Assembly: GCA_010356995.1 (NCBI GenBank)
Contig: ML996696.1
Span: 746,364-810,363, forward strand
Direction of reading: 5' to 3'
DNA from: Trichodelitschia bisporula
Taxonomy: Eukaryota
Length of the DNA stretch: 64,000 bases
Shown: piece after piece, positions 62,183 through 64,000 of the stretch
How the letters are laid out: each line of letters begins with the position of its first letter
Numbering within the stretch: the first letter of the stretch is position 1
The notes under the pieces: generated by a model
The model's input: only the letters and a program-made list of their open reading frames with translations
Databases searched by the model: none
Told to the model about the DNA's origin: nothing
Translations under genes and position numbers: made by a program

Positions 62183-63110
62183 TCACCGCCCCTCAAAAAC
62201 CGGCTTCCTCTTCTCCGCAAACGCCTTGAGTGCCTCAACCCGATCACTCGTCCTAAGCACAACCTCATACGCCTCATCCTCCGCCTCTTGCCCTCTCTTC
62301 CACCCATTTACCGCCCTCAACGCTTGCCGTACCGCCACCGGCCCCCCCTCACAGATCTCCCTCGCCAGCTCCTCCGCCTCCACCATAACCATCTCCCTCA
62401 CAATCTCCCCATGCTCCCCCTCATTAACCTCCACCAACCGATCGCACAGCCCGAGGAAATACGCTTCGGACCCGCTAACCCGCCTTCCCGTGAGAATCAT
62501 ATCCCGCGCCCGCCCGACCCCGATCAGCGCAGGCAGGCGGTGTGTACCGCCGGCACCGGGTATAATCCCGAGCCTAGTCTCCGGCAAGCCAACGAGCGTG
62601 TTCTCCGCAAAAACGCGCAGGTGCATCGCAAGCGCCAGCTCCAACCCCCCACCAAACGCACTACCATGCACAGCCGCGATCGTCGGAATAGGCAGTGCCG
62701 CCAGGGCCGCGAACGTAGAGCGGAGATTCGCAAGGAATGCACGGGTTCTGGGAGCGTCAGCAGTGTCCTAACTCCGCATATTATCTCTCTAGTAAAACCC
62801 ACTCATCCTCGTCCATCCCCTTCCTCTCCTTCAGATCCGCGCCCGCGCAGAACACATTCTCGGCTACGCTCCCGATGACCAGCGCGCGCGTCTCACCGCT
62901 CTCGCCTTCTTCATAGAGGCTGTCAACTTCGGAGCGTAGTTCCGCGAGTAATTGCCGCGAGATCGCGTTGCGTGCTGCTGGCCGGTCGAGCTCGAGGACG
63001 CGGATTACGCCTGTGTGGGGTGCGGGGAGGGTGCGGACGCGGATTGTGCGTGCTGGGGTGGAGTAGCACCGGTAGGCGGCGCGGAATAGGTTGACTCGAA
63101 GAGCAGGCAT
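62183..63110 (-). CDS. Mitochondrial enoyl-CoA hydratase family protein, methylglutaconyl-CoA hydratase-like
   Basis: LDRPAARNAIS, FCAGADLKER, GGGLELALA and GLPETRLGIIPGAGGT motifs. One intron at ~62748-62802. Confidence 0.9.
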
Positions 63111-63721
63111 CGTGATGTGGTGGTGACGTTGAGGAGCGCCCGCCCTGTCAACCGAGCTATTTCCGGAACACAGCTTCCCCCGCAGCACGGGCGCGTGGTA
63201 CGGACAAGCTTTGGCGTCCTTGGCGGGGGCGCCGGGGTGGTACGGTACGGGTACCTTGCGCCGTTGTCGGGCCGGTCCAGATACTCGCCGGATTCGGACG
63301 GGGGGAGCGATGCAAGCGGAAGCTGTGATGTAATAAAGCCTGGTCTGCGGTAGGCGATGGGCACAAGGGTAGAAGCTCCTATTGATAACGATACGAATCC
63401 TGCCATGCAACGCTGCCGGCTTCACGAGTTATCGTAAGGTACAAAGTTGCAGCAACTCTCTCGCCTCGAATTCCACCGATTCCGCCGTTTTTCCCGTTGC
63501 GCCACAACTGTAATCGGACCGCCATACTCCTTAGCGCGCCACCCCAAAAGAAAGGGGCGTCAGCCTGCCGAACGTATAAAATCTCAGACGCCCCACGAAC
63601 GCGCCGCTTACGCGCATCGCATTCTTCCTCGTCCGCTCGCTCCGCAAATTCGCCCAAGTCCCTCTCTTCTTCTTGAAATTCACCCAAGTCTCTCCTTCAA
63701 ACCCCCACCAAAACCACAATC

Positions 63722-64000
63722 ATGCACGCCCTTACCCTCTCCTTCATGACCACCTTCCTCCCCTCCGCCCTCACCCTCTCCCTCATGACCGCCTCCTTCC
63801 CCACCGCCTTCGCTGGCGCCGAAACCCGCACCACCGCCACCCCAACCGGCCCCACCGTCCAAGCCTTCCTCGGCTTCGTCGCCGACCCGCAAATCCTCGT
63901 CGCGAGCATCAAATCCGCCAGCCCCTCCGCCACCGTCATGGAAATCGGCTGTCCGGACGGCACCTCCGGCAACGACTGCGGGTTCAACCCGCCCTTGACC
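63722..64000 (+). CDS. Putative secreted/cell-surface protein, 5' part; runs off the window
   Basis: Open frame MHALTLSFMTTFLPSALTLSLMTASFPTAFAG...LVASIKSASPSATVMEIGCPDGTSGNDCGF with a hydrophobic N-terminus and a Cys pair. Not listed in the ORF track because it is truncated. Confidence 0.6.
   Translation, partial: MHALTLSFMTTFLPSALTLSLMTASFPTAFAGAETRTTATPTGPTVQAFLGFVADPQILVASIKSASPSATVMEIGCPDGTSGNDCGFNPPLT

Noticed and set aside
1..64000. Numerous long antisense or overlapping ORFs in the six-frame track
   Set aside because: Shadow ORFs expected from high GC3 codon bias; no recognisable domains. No tRNA or transposase gene was seen.

Overview
Eukaryotic, GC-rich, intron-containing DNA from a filamentous ascomycete (Pezizomycotina; probably Dothideomycete-like, by inference). 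It holds about 23 protein-coding genes, mostly housekeeping: NOP56 (partial), CCT6, GH47 mannosidase, Ldb17/Dip1, DNAJC3-like co-chaperone, GH5 EGH1-like glucosidase, exportin MSN5, OCT1, two DAL5/TNA1-type MFS transporters, an RSC58-like protein, OXR1, GH18 chitinase, SNIP1/PML1, PTP1, a small 4-exon MRX7-like gene, acrB, NDUFA13, TRM10, methylglutaconyl-CoA hydratase and several hypotheticals. It also has one dispersed, divergent 5S rRNA gene. The unusual part is the gene-poor interval at about 38.8-43.9 kb between SNIP1 and an orphan ORF next to PTP1. It contains a ~247-bp degenerate tandem array, a decayed copy of the SNIP1 5' half, a telomere-complementary 12-mer directly behind a helix, and a ~1.27-kb non-coding tract packed with hairpins that ends in an H-type pseudoknot. 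That tract is a candidate large structured ncRNA; telomerase RNA is one testable hypothesis and is not established. All family calls come from motif recognition by eye; no database searches were run.
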